A stretch of 64,000 nt of DNA from Eledone cirrhosa (Eukaryota). The position numbers were made by a program, and so were the translations under genes. The notes below the pieces were generated by a model, which saw only the letters and a list, made by a program, of their open reading frames with translations, did no database searches and was not told the DNA's origin. The DNA is taken from the NCBI GenBank assembly GCA_964016885.1, contig OZ024741.1, forward strand, positions 412,672,001-412,736,000, given 5' to 3'. Positions 23,260-36,800 of this stretch are shown here, piece after piece; position 1 is the stretch's first letter; every line of letters starts with the position of its first letter.

Positions 23260-24954
23260 ATTAGGTTTATAGTATTTAAATGTTTTTCGTATACGGTGAT
23301 TACAAGCTATAATCAGTTCCTGTCTTTTATTCAATAAATCGCCCTTAGATTTAGTAATTTCCAAGATCTCCCGGAACATAATATGCATTCTCTCCTGTTC
23401 CCAAGATATGGAGTTCTTTGCAGAATGGTATCCCACGATAGCTTCAAATCTATTTTTTTCTTTTTATAGTTATTTACTGCTTTAGCTAAAGATGTGGTGT
23501 TAGCTAGTTTAGTATTGTTAAAGCCTCTGGAGTGGGCGTAATATCTTTTCTTAAATGTGTTCGATGTAGATCCTATATATGATTTGTTGGAGTCAGTAGT
23601 AGACCCAGTACATTTATATATTACATTATTAATCAAACAATTGCCATTTAGGGGGCAAATGCTTCTATTTCTGCAATTACAACCATACGTAAGATGGTTG
23701 TTGGGGGTACCTACATAATTCTCATTAATCATTGAGCTATTCTTATTGTAATTAATGTTAGCGAGAGAATGAATGCTGCTTTGTGGGTGATTTAGTGCTG
23801 GGGTTGTATTGTGATTTTGTGTTATGTTGTTTTTGTGTTGGTGATTTGGGTGGTTGTGTTTTCCAGGTTGAAGGATTGTATTATTTGTCCTTTTAAAAGG
23901 TGCAGTTTTATTTAAATTATGTTGTGGTGGTGTGGTCATATTATTTTTTTAATTTATAAATATTGTAGTTGCTTATTTTTTTCTGGAGATTGTTTGATGT
24001 AGAGTATGAGAATTTAACAGTATACCTGTTAAATATTTGGTGATATCTGTGGTTTGGTGGAAAATGTTTATGTAGAATTTCGAAGAATTTTGGGGGGAAT
24101 TGTCCAATAGTTTGCAGGTTGAAAGGTGCGTTGTACAATGTTATGTTTATTTTGCGGTTTTTAGTTAAGTTCTTATTCCCACTTATATTAATGTGCTGTG
24201 TTCTAGAAGAGTTCTTATTGTTAGTATTTGTATTTGTGGAATTTGGTAAATTGCAGTGGTTGTTTTTGGTGTTATTATTTGGTAGATTATGAGAGGTTGA
24301 ATGTTTGGTTGAATGTTTGTTATGTAAGTTGTTAACATTGGTCATAGATCGTGTAGTAATGGTTGTTGTGGTTTTTCGGTCGTTTGGTGTGATAGGAATG
24401 ACCCCATTAGGCATATGTTTCGATGGTATTTTTTGGTGTTTGTAGTTTTTGCTAGGTTTTGCAGTATAGTCCATAGTAGTGTTGGGGATATATGAATTTT
24501 TTTCTTTATATCCACTTCTAGTTAGGGCCTCATTGTAGAAGGGTGCATTTTTATAAAATATATCCTCATTGGAAGATAATTTAGAAAGTCTAAGAGATAT
24601 GTTATATACTAAGTTTTTGAGTATAGAGCTAGGGTGGTTAGAGCGTGAATGTACATAGTGTAGATTCTGGTTGGGTTTGTGGTAAGGTTGATAAATATTC
24701 GTAGAGAGGTCTAAGGTAATATCAAGGAAGTTAGCTACTTTTGAGGTGTTTTCAAAGGTGATGTTAAGGTTGTAATAGTCGTTGAGGAATTTTCTAATTT
24801 GTTTTTTGTTTTTCTCTATATTAGAATTGCTAAGATTGTTAGATATCAATAGACAATCATCCCGATAAAGACCACCTTTGAGGTGGGGAAAAGAGGTATC
24901 AATATTATAGAGGAGAAATAGTCCAACGAGGTCTATAACTTGAGCAGAGTCCAT
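23260..24954 (-). pseudogene. Penelope-like RT / zinc finger / GIY-YIG ORF remnant
   Basis: ORFs 23941-24954 and 23331-23939 are separated by a frameshift in an A-run. A second frameshift lies near 23370. Confidence 0.88.
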
Positions 24955-25014
24955 TGATCCCTTCGTTATATCGAATAAGTTGTTATATGTGTTTCTTGTC
25001 CAGTGTTCTTAAAA

Positions 25015-25848
25015 AAATTCTTCGAAATTCTACATAAACATTTTCCACCAAACCACAGATACCACCAAATATTTAACAGGTATACTGTTAAATTCTCATA
25101 CTCTACATCAAACAATCTCCAGCAAAAAATAAGCAACTACAACATTTATAAATTTAAAAATAATATGACCACACCACTACAACATAATTTAGATAAGACT
25201 GCACCTTTAAAAAGGACAAATAATACAATCCTTCAACCTGGAAAACACAACCACCCAAATCACCAACACAAAAAAACATAACTCAAAATCACAATACAAC
25301 CCAAGTACTAAATCACCCACAAAGCAACATTCATTCTCTCGCTAACATTAATAACAATAAGAATAGCCCAATGATTAATGAGAATTATGTACGTACCCCC
25401 CAACAACCCTCTTACATATGGTTGTAATTGCAGAAATAGAAGCATTTGCCCCTTAAATGGCAACTGTTTGATTAATAATGTAATATATAAATGCACTGTG
25501 TCTACTACTGACTCCAACAAATCATATATAGGATCTATATCGAACACACTTAAGAAAAGATATTACGCACGCTCCAGAGGCTTTAACAATACTAAACTAG
25601 CTAACACCACATCTTTGGCTGAAGCAGTAAATAACTATAAAAAGAAAAAGATACATTTCAAGCTATCGTGGGATACCATTCTGCAAAGAACTCCATATCT
25701 TGGGAACAGGAGAGAATGCAGATTATGTTCTGGGGAGATCTTGGAAATTATTAAATCTAAGGACGATTTATTGAATAAAAGACAGGAACTGATTATAGCT
25801 TGTAATCACCGTATACGAAAAACATTTAAATACTATAAACCTAATTAA
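25015..25848 (+). pseudogene. Penelope-like linker, zinc finger and GIY-YIG endonuclease remnant
   Basis: ORFs 25003-25281 and 25378-25848 contain CNCRNRSICPLNGNC, NVIY, YIGS, CRLC..E, LLNKRQE and CNH. Confidence 0.88.
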
Positions 25849-26914
25849 ACATTCTAATAGCAACTCACTATAATTCTATGTAATGTACCATTTGTTAGTA
25901 TCCCCTTCCCCTAATTATACGCCTTTCTGTTTATTTTTTTATTTATTAGCTTCCATTGATTCATGCGTTACTGACTAAGGGCATCAAGGTACATAACCAC
26001 CTGTAATTGCATGGGTATATATGTATCTATGTAGGTATGATAAGAGAATAGATATATATATGTATATATATATGGGTGTATATGTGTATGTGTGTGTATA
26101 TGTGTATGTACATGCATGTGTGTGTACATGTATATATGTATGTATAAGTGTGTATATATATATAATAATAATAATTTTTGTGTGCGTGTATGTATGTATA
26201 TGTATATGTTTATATCTATCTATGTATATGTATGTTTTTAATGGAGTATCTATGTAATTATACCTCTATCTATATATGTGAATATATGTACTTTTGTGAT
26301 CTAAGAAAATGATGCATTTTGACTATATGTCAACATGCATTTATCTGAGTTTGATTACTTATACATAGACACACTTGAAAATATTTACTATTTTATATTT
26401 TATGATGCATCATACGCTATATTATACTATATGCAATGTACCATACTGTACTATATTATATTACATTATATTATTATATTATTATATTATTATATTTTAT
26501 TATCTTATTATAATTTTCATCTTTTAATATACTATCCTTCCTAGTTATGACCATTACTTTACCTATCTATATTTATCCTAGTTATCTCTCTATATTTTAT
26601 ATTTACTTATTTATATTCACCTAAAAATTCCATACAAAACACCTCAACATTTAATTTTTACATTCCTTTTTAAATTTCACTCCACCATCTACATTCCACT
26701 ATCAATATAACAATCCCTTTCACATCATGGGTTCTTTATAGTAATTCTATTTTTAACACCATTCAACCATTCCTTTCAAAGGGTTATGACCTCAACTAAA
26801 GTGAGTTATATTTCACTTTAACATCATATGGCAAAAGGCCATTTGATTGGTTTGTTCTTCAGCTACCTCCAAATAAGGTCATAGAACTCAATTTACTATT
26901 GATTGAATAACATT

Positions 26915-27060
26915 TTCATTGCTTTTGACAACGGCTGATGATATACATGTAGGTAAATATAGTCCTTATCTGATATTTTGTAACTAACCCTACATAATTC
27001 GATAACGAAATATGCGTACGATGTATTATTATCACACAGAAACGATCGTAAAGCAGTGAA
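26915..27060 (+). ncRNA. Variant hammerhead-like motif in the Penelope 3' region (right arm)
   Basis: A 10-bp helix I (TTCATTGCTT 26915-26924 with AAGCAGTGAA 27051-27060) encloses TTGACAA, a GAAA box at 27039-27042, palindromic ACGATCGT and a GUA triplet. Confidence 0.5.
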
Positions 27061-27789
27061 GTATATTTCTAATGACGTGATTTTTTATTTCATTGTTTTA
27101 ACTTATATCATGACTCTGTTTTCCTTTTGCTGTTTTATTATTTTCCAGGATTTATTTTAACCTACAACATTTTCAACATATGGATTACAATGAGTTCCTC
27201 ATGCGGACTAGACACCACAACTAACCGTGGATATTTCTGTGTATATATATAGAATGATTTTTTCAATGCCACTAAAAGGGTCTGACGATTTGCGGTTTAC
27301 AGAGTCGGGCTTTGATCGATACAGATCAAACTTTGAGATGATTGGTGGAGAAAAATCATCACCAACCAATAAACGTAACGAAGGAGTAACCACTTGTCCA
27401 TGTTTTATTTTATTATATTTCACTCTGTCTAGCTCTACACCTCGACAATGAAGTGAACCTAAACATCGAGAGCTCACCCGGGTGAACCTACAGTAACTCC
27501 AAGTTACACTCCCTGGATATATATATATATATATACATACCGGACGTACATACATATGCATACACATGTGCATGTAATGCATATATCATATGTGTGTATA
27601 TATTATGTATATATGTATGTAAGCGTGTATGTATATAAATACACACATAAAACATACAAATGTGTTTGTATGTGTACACACACACACACATATATATACA
27701 TAGAGAGTGAGATAGATAAGTATGTAGATATTTATACCTATATATAAATGTGTGTGTACATGTATGTTTAAATATATAAGCTTGCACTC

Positions 27790-27890
27790 TAATGTGCAGG
27801 TGGCCGAGCATTCCACAGTCACGTGTATGCTTAACACAAATTCAATAGAGATTTACACAGATTGTGACAGGGTGACTGTTTCAGCTGAGT
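27790..27890 (-). mobile_element. 3' body of the SINE family B copy abutting the satellite
   Basis: TAATGTGCAGGTGGCCGAGCATTCCA resembles TAATGTGCAAGTGGTTGAGTATTCCA at about 14554-14580. The sequence runs without a break through CAGCTGAGTAAACTGG into the first monomer. Confidence 0.7.
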
Positions 27891-30800
27891 AAACTGGAGC
27901 AACATGTAATAAAGTGTCTTGCTCAAGGACACAGTGGACTGGAGCAACATGAAATAAAGTGTCTTGCTCAAGGACACAGTAAACTGGAGCAAGATGAAGT
28001 AAAGTGTCTTGCTCAAGGACACAGTGGACTGGAGCAACATGAAATAGAGTGTGACACAGTGGACTGGAACAACATGAAGTAAAGTGTCTTGCACAAGGAC
28101 ACAGTGGACTGGAGCAACATGAAATAAAGTGTCTTGCTCAAGGACACAGTGGACTGGAGCAATGTGAAGTAAAGTGTCTTGCCCAAGGACACAGTGGACT
28201 GGAGAAACATGAAATAAAGTGTCTTGCTCAAAGACACAATGGACTGGAGCAACATGAAGTAAAGTGTCTTGCCCAAGGACACAGTGGACTGGAGAAACAT
28301 GAAATAAAGTGTCTTGCTCAAAGACACAGTGGACTGGAGCAACATGAAGTAAAGTGTCTTGCACAAGGACACAGTGGACTGGAGCAACATGAAATAAAGT
28401 GTCTTGCTCAAGGACACAGTGGACTGGAGCAATGTGAAGTAAAGTGTCATGCTGAAGGACACAATGGATTGAAGCAACATGAAGTAAACTGTCTTGCTCA
28501 AGGACACAATATACTGGAACAACATGAAATAAAGTGTCTTGCTCAAGAAGACAGTAAACAGGAGCAACATGAAGTAAAGTGTCTTGCTCAAGGACACAGT
28601 GGACTGGAGGAACATGAAGTAAAGTGTCTTGCTCAAGGACACAGTGGACTGGAACAACATGAAGTAAAGTGTCTTGCACAAGGACACAGTGGACTGGAGA
28701 AACGTGAAATAAAGTGTCTTGCTCAAGGACACAGTGGACTGGAGCAATGTGAAGTAAAGTGTCTTGCCCAAGGACACAGTGGACTGGAGAAACATGAAAT
28801 AAAGTGTCTTGCTCAAAGACACAGTGGACTGGAGCAACATGAAATAAAGTGTCTTGCGCAAGGACACAGTGGACTGGAGAAACATGAAATAAAGTGTCTT
28901 GATCAAAGACACAGTGGACTGGAGCAACATGAAGTAAAGTGTCTTGCACAAGGACACAGTGGACTGGAGCAACATGAAATAAAGTGTCTTGCTCAAGGAC
29001 ACAGTGGACTGGAGCAATGTGAAGTAAAGTGTCATGCTGAAGGACACAATGGACTGAAGCAACATGAATTAAAGTGTCTTGCTCAAGGACACAATGGACT
29101 GGAACAACATGAAATAAAGTGTCTTGCTCAAGAAGACAGTAAATTGGAGCAACATGAAGTAAAGTGTCTTGCTCAAGGACACAGTGGACTGGAGGAACAT
29201 GAAGTAAAGTGTCTTGCTCAAGGACACAGTGGACTGGAACAACATGAAATAGACTGTCTTGCTCAAGGACACAGTGGACGGGAGCAACATGAAATAAAGT
29301 GTCTTGCTCAAGGACGCAGTAAACGGGAGCAACATGAAGTAAAGTGTCTTGGTCAAGGATACAGTAAACTGGAGCAACATGAAGTAAAGTGTCTTGCTCA
29401 AGGACACAGTGAACTGGAACACATGAAATAAAGTGTCTTGCACAAGGACACAGTGGACTGGAACAACATGAAATAAAGTGTCTTGCTCAAGGACACAGTG
29501 GACTGAAGCAACATGAAGAAAAGTGTCTCGCTCAAGGACACAGTGGATTGGAGCAACATGAAGTAAAGTGTCTTGCTCAAGGACACAGTGGACTGGAGCA
29601 ACATGAAATAAAGTGTCATGCTAAAGGACACAGTGGACTGGAACAACGTGAAATAAAGTGTCTTGCTCAAGAACACAGTGAATTGGAGCAACATGAAGTA
29701 AAGTGTCTTGCTCAAGGACACAGTGGACTGGAGCAACATGAAGTAAAGTGTCTTGTTCAAGGACACAGTGGACTGGAGCAACATGAAGTAAAGTGTCTTG
29801 CTCAAGGACACAGTGAACTGGAACACATGAAATAAAGTACTTGCACAAGGACACAGTGGAGAGAAATAACATGAAATAAAGTGTCTTGCTCAAGGACACA
29901 ATAAACTGGAGCAACATGAAATAAAGAGTCTTGCTCAAGGACACAGTAGACTGGAGCAACATGAAGTAAAGTGTCTTGCTCAAGGACACAGTGGACTGGA
30001 GCAACATGAAGTAAAGTGTCTTGTTCAAGGACACAGTGGACTGGAGCAACATGAAGTAAAGTGTCTTGCTCAAGGACACAGTGAACTGGAACACATGAAA
30101 TAAAGTACTTGCACAAGGACACAGTGGAGAGAAATAACATGAAATAAAGTGTCTTGCTCAAGGACACAATAAACTGGAGCAACATGAAATAAAGAGTCTT
30201 GCTCAAGGACACAGTAGACTGGAGCAACATGAAGTAAAGTGTCTTGCTCAAGGACACAGTGGACTGGAGCAATGTGAAACAAGGTGTTTTGCTGAAGGAC
30301 ACAGTAAACTGGAGCAACATGAAATAAAGTGTCTAGCTCAAGGACACAGTGGACTGGAGCAACATGAAGTAAAGTGTCTTGCTCAAGGAGACAGTGGACA
30401 GGAGTAACATGAAGTAAAGTGTCTTGCTCAAGGACACAGTGGACTGGAGTAATGTGAAGTAAAGTGTCTTGCTGAAGGTCACAGTGGACGGGAGCAATGT
30501 GAAATAAATTCTCTTGCTTAAGGACACAGAGAACTGGAGCAACATGAAGTAAAGTGTCTGGCTCAAGGACACGGTGTACTGGAGCAGCATGAAATAAAGT
30601 GTCTTGCTCAAGGACACAGTGGACTGGGGTAACATGAAGTAAAGTGTCTTACTCAAGGACACAGTCGCCTGGAGCAGTGTGAAGTAAAGTGTCTGGCTCA
30701 AGGACAGAGAGAACTGGAGCAACATGAAGTAAAGTGTTTTGCTCAAGGACACAGTGGACTGGAGCAACATGAAATAAAGTGTCTTGATCAAGGACACAGT

Positions 30801-33800
30801 GGATTGGAGCAGCATGCAATATACTGTCTTGCTCAAGGACACAGTGGACTGGAGCAACATGAAGTAAAGTGTCTTGCTCAAAGACACAGTGGACTGCAGC
30901 AATGTGAAGTAGAGTGTCTTGTTGAAGGTCACAGTGGACTTGAGCAATGTGAAATAAAGTGTCTTACTCAAGGGCACGGAGAACTGGAACAACATGAAAT
31001 AAAGTGTCTTGCTCAAGGACACAGTGGACTGGAACAACATGAAATAAAGTGTCTTGCTCAAGGACACAGTGGACTGGAACAACATGAAATAAAGTGTCTT
31101 GCTCAAGAACACAGTGAACTGGAACAACAAGAAGTAAAGTGTCTTGCTCAAGGACACAGTGGACTGCACCAACACGAAGTAAGGTGTCTTGCTCAAGGAC
31201 ACAGTGGACTGGAGCAACATGAAATAAAGTGTCTTGCTCAAGGACACAGTGGACTGGAGCAATGTGAAGTAAAGTGTCATGCTGAAGGACACAATGGACT
31301 GAAGCAACATGAATTAAAGTGTCTTGCTCAAGGACACAGTGGACGGGAGCAACATGAAATAAAGTGTCTTGCTCAAGGACACAGTAAACGGGAGCAACAT
31401 GAAGTAAAGTGTCTTGGTCAAGGATACAGTAAACTGGAGCAACATGAAGTAAAGTGTCTTGCTCAAGGACACAGTGAACTGGAACACATGAAATAAAGTG
31501 TCTTGCACAAGGACACAGTGGACTGGAACAACATGAAATAAAGTGTCTTGCTCAAGGACACAGTGGACTGAAGCAACATGAAGAAAAGTGTCTCGCTCAA
31601 GGACACAGTGGATTGGAGCAACATGAAGTAAAGTGTCTTGCTCAAGGACACAGTGAACTGGAACACATGAAATAAAGTGTCTTGCACAAGGACACAGTGG
31701 ACTGGAACAACGTGAAATAAAGTGTCTTGCTGAAGAACACAGTGAATTGGAGCAACATGAAGTAAAGTGTCTTGCTCAAGGACACAGTGGACTGGAGCAA
31801 CATGAAGTAAAGTGTCTTGTTCAAGGACACAGTGGACTGGAGCAACATGAAGTAAAGTGTCTTGCTCAAGGACACAGTGAACTGGAACACATGAAATAAA
31901 GTACTTGCACAAGGACACAGTGGAGAGAAATAACATGAAATAAAGTGTCTTGCTCAAGGACACAATAAACTGGAGCAACATGAAATAAAGAGTCTTGCTC
32001 AAGGACACAGTAGACTGGAGCAACATGAAGTAAAGTGTCTTGCTGAAGGACACAGTGGACTGGAGCAATGTGAAACAAGGTGTTTTGCTGAAGGACACAG
32101 TAAACTGGAGCAACATGAAATAAAGTGTCTAGCTCAAGGACACAGTGGACTGGAGCAACATGAAGTAAAGTGTCTTGCTCAAGGAGACAGTGGACAGGAG
32201 TAACATGAAGTAAAGTGTCTTGCTCAAGGACACAGTGGACTGGAGTAATGTGAAGTAAAGTGTCTTGCTGAAGGTCACAGTGGACGGGAGCAATGTGAAA
32301 TAAATTCTCTTGCTTAAGGACACAGAGAACTGGAGCAACATGAAGTAAAGTGTCTGGCTCAAGGACACAGTAAACTGGAGCAGCATGAAATAAAGTGTCT
32401 TGCTCAAGGACACAGTGGACTGGGGTAACATGAAGTAAAGTGTCTTACTCAAGGACACAGTCGCCTGGAGCAGTGTGAAGTAAAGTGTCTGGCTCAAGGA
32501 CAGAGAGAACTGGAGCAACATGAAGTAAAGTGTCTTGCTCAAGGACACAGTGGACTGGAGCAACATGAAATAAAGTGTCTTGCTCAAGGACACAGTGGAT
32601 TGGAGCAGCATGCAATATACTGTCTTGCTCAAGGACACAGTGGACTGGAGCAACATGAAGTAAAGTGTCTTGCTCAAGGACACAGTGGACTGCAGCAATG
32701 TGAAGTAGAGTGTCTTGTTGAAGGTCACAGTGGACATGAGCAATGTGAAATAAAGTGTCTTACTCAAGGGCACGGAGAACTGGAACAACATGAAATAAAG
32801 TGTCTTGCTCAAGGACACAGTGGACTGGAACAACATGAAATAAAGTGTCTTGCTCAAGGACACAGTGGACTGGAACAACATGAAATAAAGTGTCTTGCTC
32901 AAGAACACAGTGAACTGGAACAACAAGAAGTAAAGTGTCTTGCTCAAGGACACAGTGGACTGCACCAACACGAAGTAAGGTGTCTTGCTCAAGGACACAG
33001 TGGACTGGAGCAACATGAAATAAAGTGTCTTGCTCAAGGACACAGTGGACTGGAACAACATAAAATAAAGTGTCTTGCTCAAGAACACAGTGAACTGGAA
33101 CAACATGAAGTAAAGTGTCTTGCTCAAGGTCACAGTGGACTGCACCAGCACGAAGTAAAGTGTCTTGCTCAAGGACACAGTGGACTGAAGCAACATGAAG
33201 TAAAGTGTCTTTTTCAAGGACACAGTGGACTGGAGCAACAAGAAGTAAAGTGTCTTGCTCAAGGACACAGTGAACTGGAACACATGAAATAAAGTGGCTT
33301 GCACAAGGACACAGTGGAGAGAAATAACATGAAATAAAGTGTCTTGCTCAAGGACACAATACACTGGAGCAACATGAAGTAAAGTATCTTGCCCAAGGAC
33401 ACAGTGGACTGGAGCAACATGAAATAAAGAGTCTTGCTCAAGGACACGGTAGACTGGAGCAACATGAAGTAAAGTGTCTTGCTCAAGGACACAGTGGACT
33501 GGAGCAATGTGAAATAAAGTGTTTTGCTGAAGGACACAGTAAACTGGAGCAACATGAAATAAAGTGTCTAGCTCAAGGACACAGTGGACTGGAGCAACAT
33601 GAAGTAAAGTGTCATGCTCAAGGAGACAGTGGACAGGAGTAACATGAAGTAAAGTGTCTTTCTCAAGGACACAGTGGACTGGGGTAACATGAAGTAAAGT
33701 GTCTTGCTCAAGGACACAGTGGACTGGAGTAATGTGAAGTAAAGTGTCTTGCTGAAGGTTACAGTGGACGGGAGCAATGTGAAGTAAATTCTCTTGCTTA

Positions 33801-36800
33801 AGGACACAGAGAACTGGAGCAACATGAAATAAAGTGTCTTGCTCAAGGACACAGTGGACTGGAGCAACATGAAGTAAAGTGTCTGGCTCAAGGACACAGT
33901 GTACTGGAGCTGTATGAAATAAAGTGTCTTGCTCAAGGACACAGTGGACTGGGGTAACATGAAGTAAAGTGTCTTACTCAAGAACATAGTCGCCTGGAGC
34001 AGTGTGAAGTAAAGTGTCTGGCTCAAGGACAGAGAGAACTGGAGCAACATGAAGTAAAGTGTCTTGCTCAAGGACACAGTGGACTGGAGCAACATGAAGT
34101 AAAGTGTCTTGCTCAAGGACACAGTGGATTGGAGCAGCATGCAATATACTGTCGTGCTCAAGGACACAGTGGACTGGAGCAACATGAAGTAAACTGTCTT
34201 GCTGAAGGACACAGTGGACTGGAGCAACATGAAGTAAATAGTCTTGCTCAAGGACACAGTGGACTGGAACAACATGAAGTAAAGTGTCTTGCTCAAGGAC
34301 ACAGTGGACTGCAGCAATGTGAAGTAAAGTGTCTTGCTGAAGGTCACAGTGGACTGGAGCAATGTGAAATAAAGTGTCTTACTCAAGGGCACAGTGAACT
34401 GTAACAACATGAAGTAAAGTGTCTTGCTCAAGGACACAGTGGACTGGAGCAACATGAAGTAAAGTGTCTTGTTCAAGGACACAGTGGACTGGAGCAACAT
34501 GAAGTAAAGTGTCTTGCTCAAGGACACAGTGAACTGGAACACATGAAATAAAGTACTTGCACAAGGACACAGTGGAGAGAAATAACATGAAATAAAGTGT
34601 CTTGCTCAAGGACACAATAAACTGGAGCAACATGAAATAAAGAGTCTTGCTCAAGGACACAGTGGACTGGAGGAACATGAAGTAAAGTGTCTTGCTCAAG
34701 GACACAGTGGACTGGAACAACATGAAATAGACTGTCTTGCTCAAGGACACGGTTGACGGGAGCAACAGGAAATAAAGTGTCTTGCTCAAGGACACAGTGA
34801 ACTGTAACACATGAAATAAAGTGTCTTGCACAAGGACACAGTGGACTGGAACAACATGAAATAAAGTGTCTTGCTCAAGGACACAGTGGACTGAAGCAAC
34901 ATGAAGAAAAGTGTCTCGCTCAAGGACACAGTGGATTGGAGCAACATGAAGTAAAGTGTCTTGCTCAAGGACACAGTGGACTGGAGCAACATGAAATAAA
35001 GTGTCATGCTCAAGGACACAGTGGACTGGAACAACGTGAAATAAAGTGTCTTGCTCAAGAACACAGTGAATTGGAGCAACATGAAGTAAAGTGTCTTGCT
35101 CAAGGACACAGTGGACTGGAGCAACATGAAGTAAAGTGTCTTGTTCAAGGACACAGTGGACTGGAACAACATGAAGTAAAGTGTCTTGCTCAAGGACACA
35201 GTGAACTGGAACACATGAAATAAAGTACTTGCACAAGGACACAGTGGAGAGAAATAACATGAAATAAAGTGTCTTGCTCAAGGACACAATAAACTGGAGC
35301 AACATGAAATAAAGAGTCTTGCTCAAGGACACAGTAGACTGGAGCAACATGAAGTAAAGTGTCTTGCTCAAGGACACAGTGGACTGGAGCAATGTGAAAC
35401 AAGGTGTTTTGCTGAAGGACACAGTAAACTGGAGCAACATGAAATAAAGTGTCTAGCTCAAGGACACAGTGGACTGGAGCAACATGAAGTAAAGTGTCTT
35501 GCTCAAGGAGACAGTGGACAGGAGTAACATGAAGTAAAGTGTCTTGCTCAAGGACACAGTGGACTGGAGTAATGTGAAGTAAAGTGTCTTGCTGAAGGTC
35601 ACAGTGGACGGGAGCAATGTGAAATAAATTCTCTTGCTTAAGGACACAGAGAACTGGAGCAACATGAAGTAAAGTGTCTGGCTCAAGGACACAGTGTACT
35701 GGAGCAGCATGAAATAAAGTGTCTTGCTCAAGGACACAGTGGACTGGGGTAACATGAAGTAAAGTGTCTTACTCAAGGACACAGTCGCCTGGAGCAGTGT
35801 GAAGTAAAGTGTCTGGCTCAAGGACAGAGAGAACTGGAGCAACATGAAGTAAAGTGTCTTGCTCAAGGACACAGTGGACTGGAGCAACATGAAATAAAGT
35901 GTCTTGCTCAAGGACACAGTGGATTGGAGCAGCATGCAATATACTGTCTTGCTCAAGGACACAGTGGACTGGAGCAACATGAAGTAAAGTGTCTTGCTCA
36001 AGGACACAGTGGACTGCAGCAATGTGAAGTAGAGTGTCTTGTTGAAGGTCACAGTGGACTTGAGCAATGTGAAATAAAGTGTCTTACTCAAGGGCACGGA
36101 GAACTGGAGCAACATGAAATAAAGTGTCTTGCTCAAGGACACAGTGGACTGGAACAACGTGAAATAAAGTGTCTTGCTCAAGAACACAGTGAATTGGAGC
36201 AACATGAAGTAAAGTGTCTTGCTCAAGGACACAGTGGACTGGAGCAACATGAAGTAAAGTGTCTTGTTCAAGGACACAGTGGACTGGAGTAATGTGAAGT
36301 AAAGTGTCTTGCTGAAGGTTACAGTGGACGGGAGCAATGTGAAGTAAATTCTCTTGCTTAAGGACACAGAGAACTGGAGCAACATGAAATAAAGTGTCTT
36401 GCTCAAGGACACAGTGGACTGGAGCAACATGAAGTAAAGTGTCTGGCTCAAGGACACAGTGTACTGGAGCTGCATGAAATAAAGTGTCTTGCTCAAGGAC
36501 ACAGTGGACTGGGGTAACATGAAGTAAAGTGTCTTACTCAAGAACATAGTCGCCTGGAGCAGTGTGAAGTAAAGTGTCTGGCTCAAGGACAGAGAGAACT
36601 GGAGCAACATGAAGTAAAGTGTCTTGCTCAAGGACACAGTGGACTGGAGCAACATGAAGTAAAGTGTCTTGCTCAAGGACACAGTGGATTGGAGCAGCAT
36701 GCAATATACTGTCGTGCTCAAGGACACAGTGGACTGGAGCAACATGAAGTAAACTGTCTTGCTGAAGGACACAGTGGACTGGAGCAACATGAAGTAAATA

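Larger units (their letters stand above)
21853..25010 (-). mobile_element. Penelope-like element (Naiad-type), 5'-truncated within RT; left arm
   Basis: RT motifs FDITKGSMDSAQV, GLYRDD, NFLDITLDL, YVHSRSNHP. A CNCx5CPLxGxC zinc finger precedes a GIY-YIG endonuclease (VIY...YIG...FKKRY..H). A long 3' non-coding region follows. Confidence 0.9.
25015..27515 (+). mobile_element. Penelope-like element, right arm (truncated in the linker); inverted copy of 21853-24091 plus ~400 bp of probable further element sequence
   Basis: 25015-27110 is the reverse complement of the left arm with scattered substitutions. The sequence continues to a (TA)n tract at about 27516. Confidence 0.85.

Noticed and set aside
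23600-25848. Selenocysteine recoding, reported for some Naiad elements
   Set aside because: The visible zinc-finger and endonuclease cysteines are ordinary Cys codons with no in-frame TGA at those positions. No SECIS could be identified by eye.
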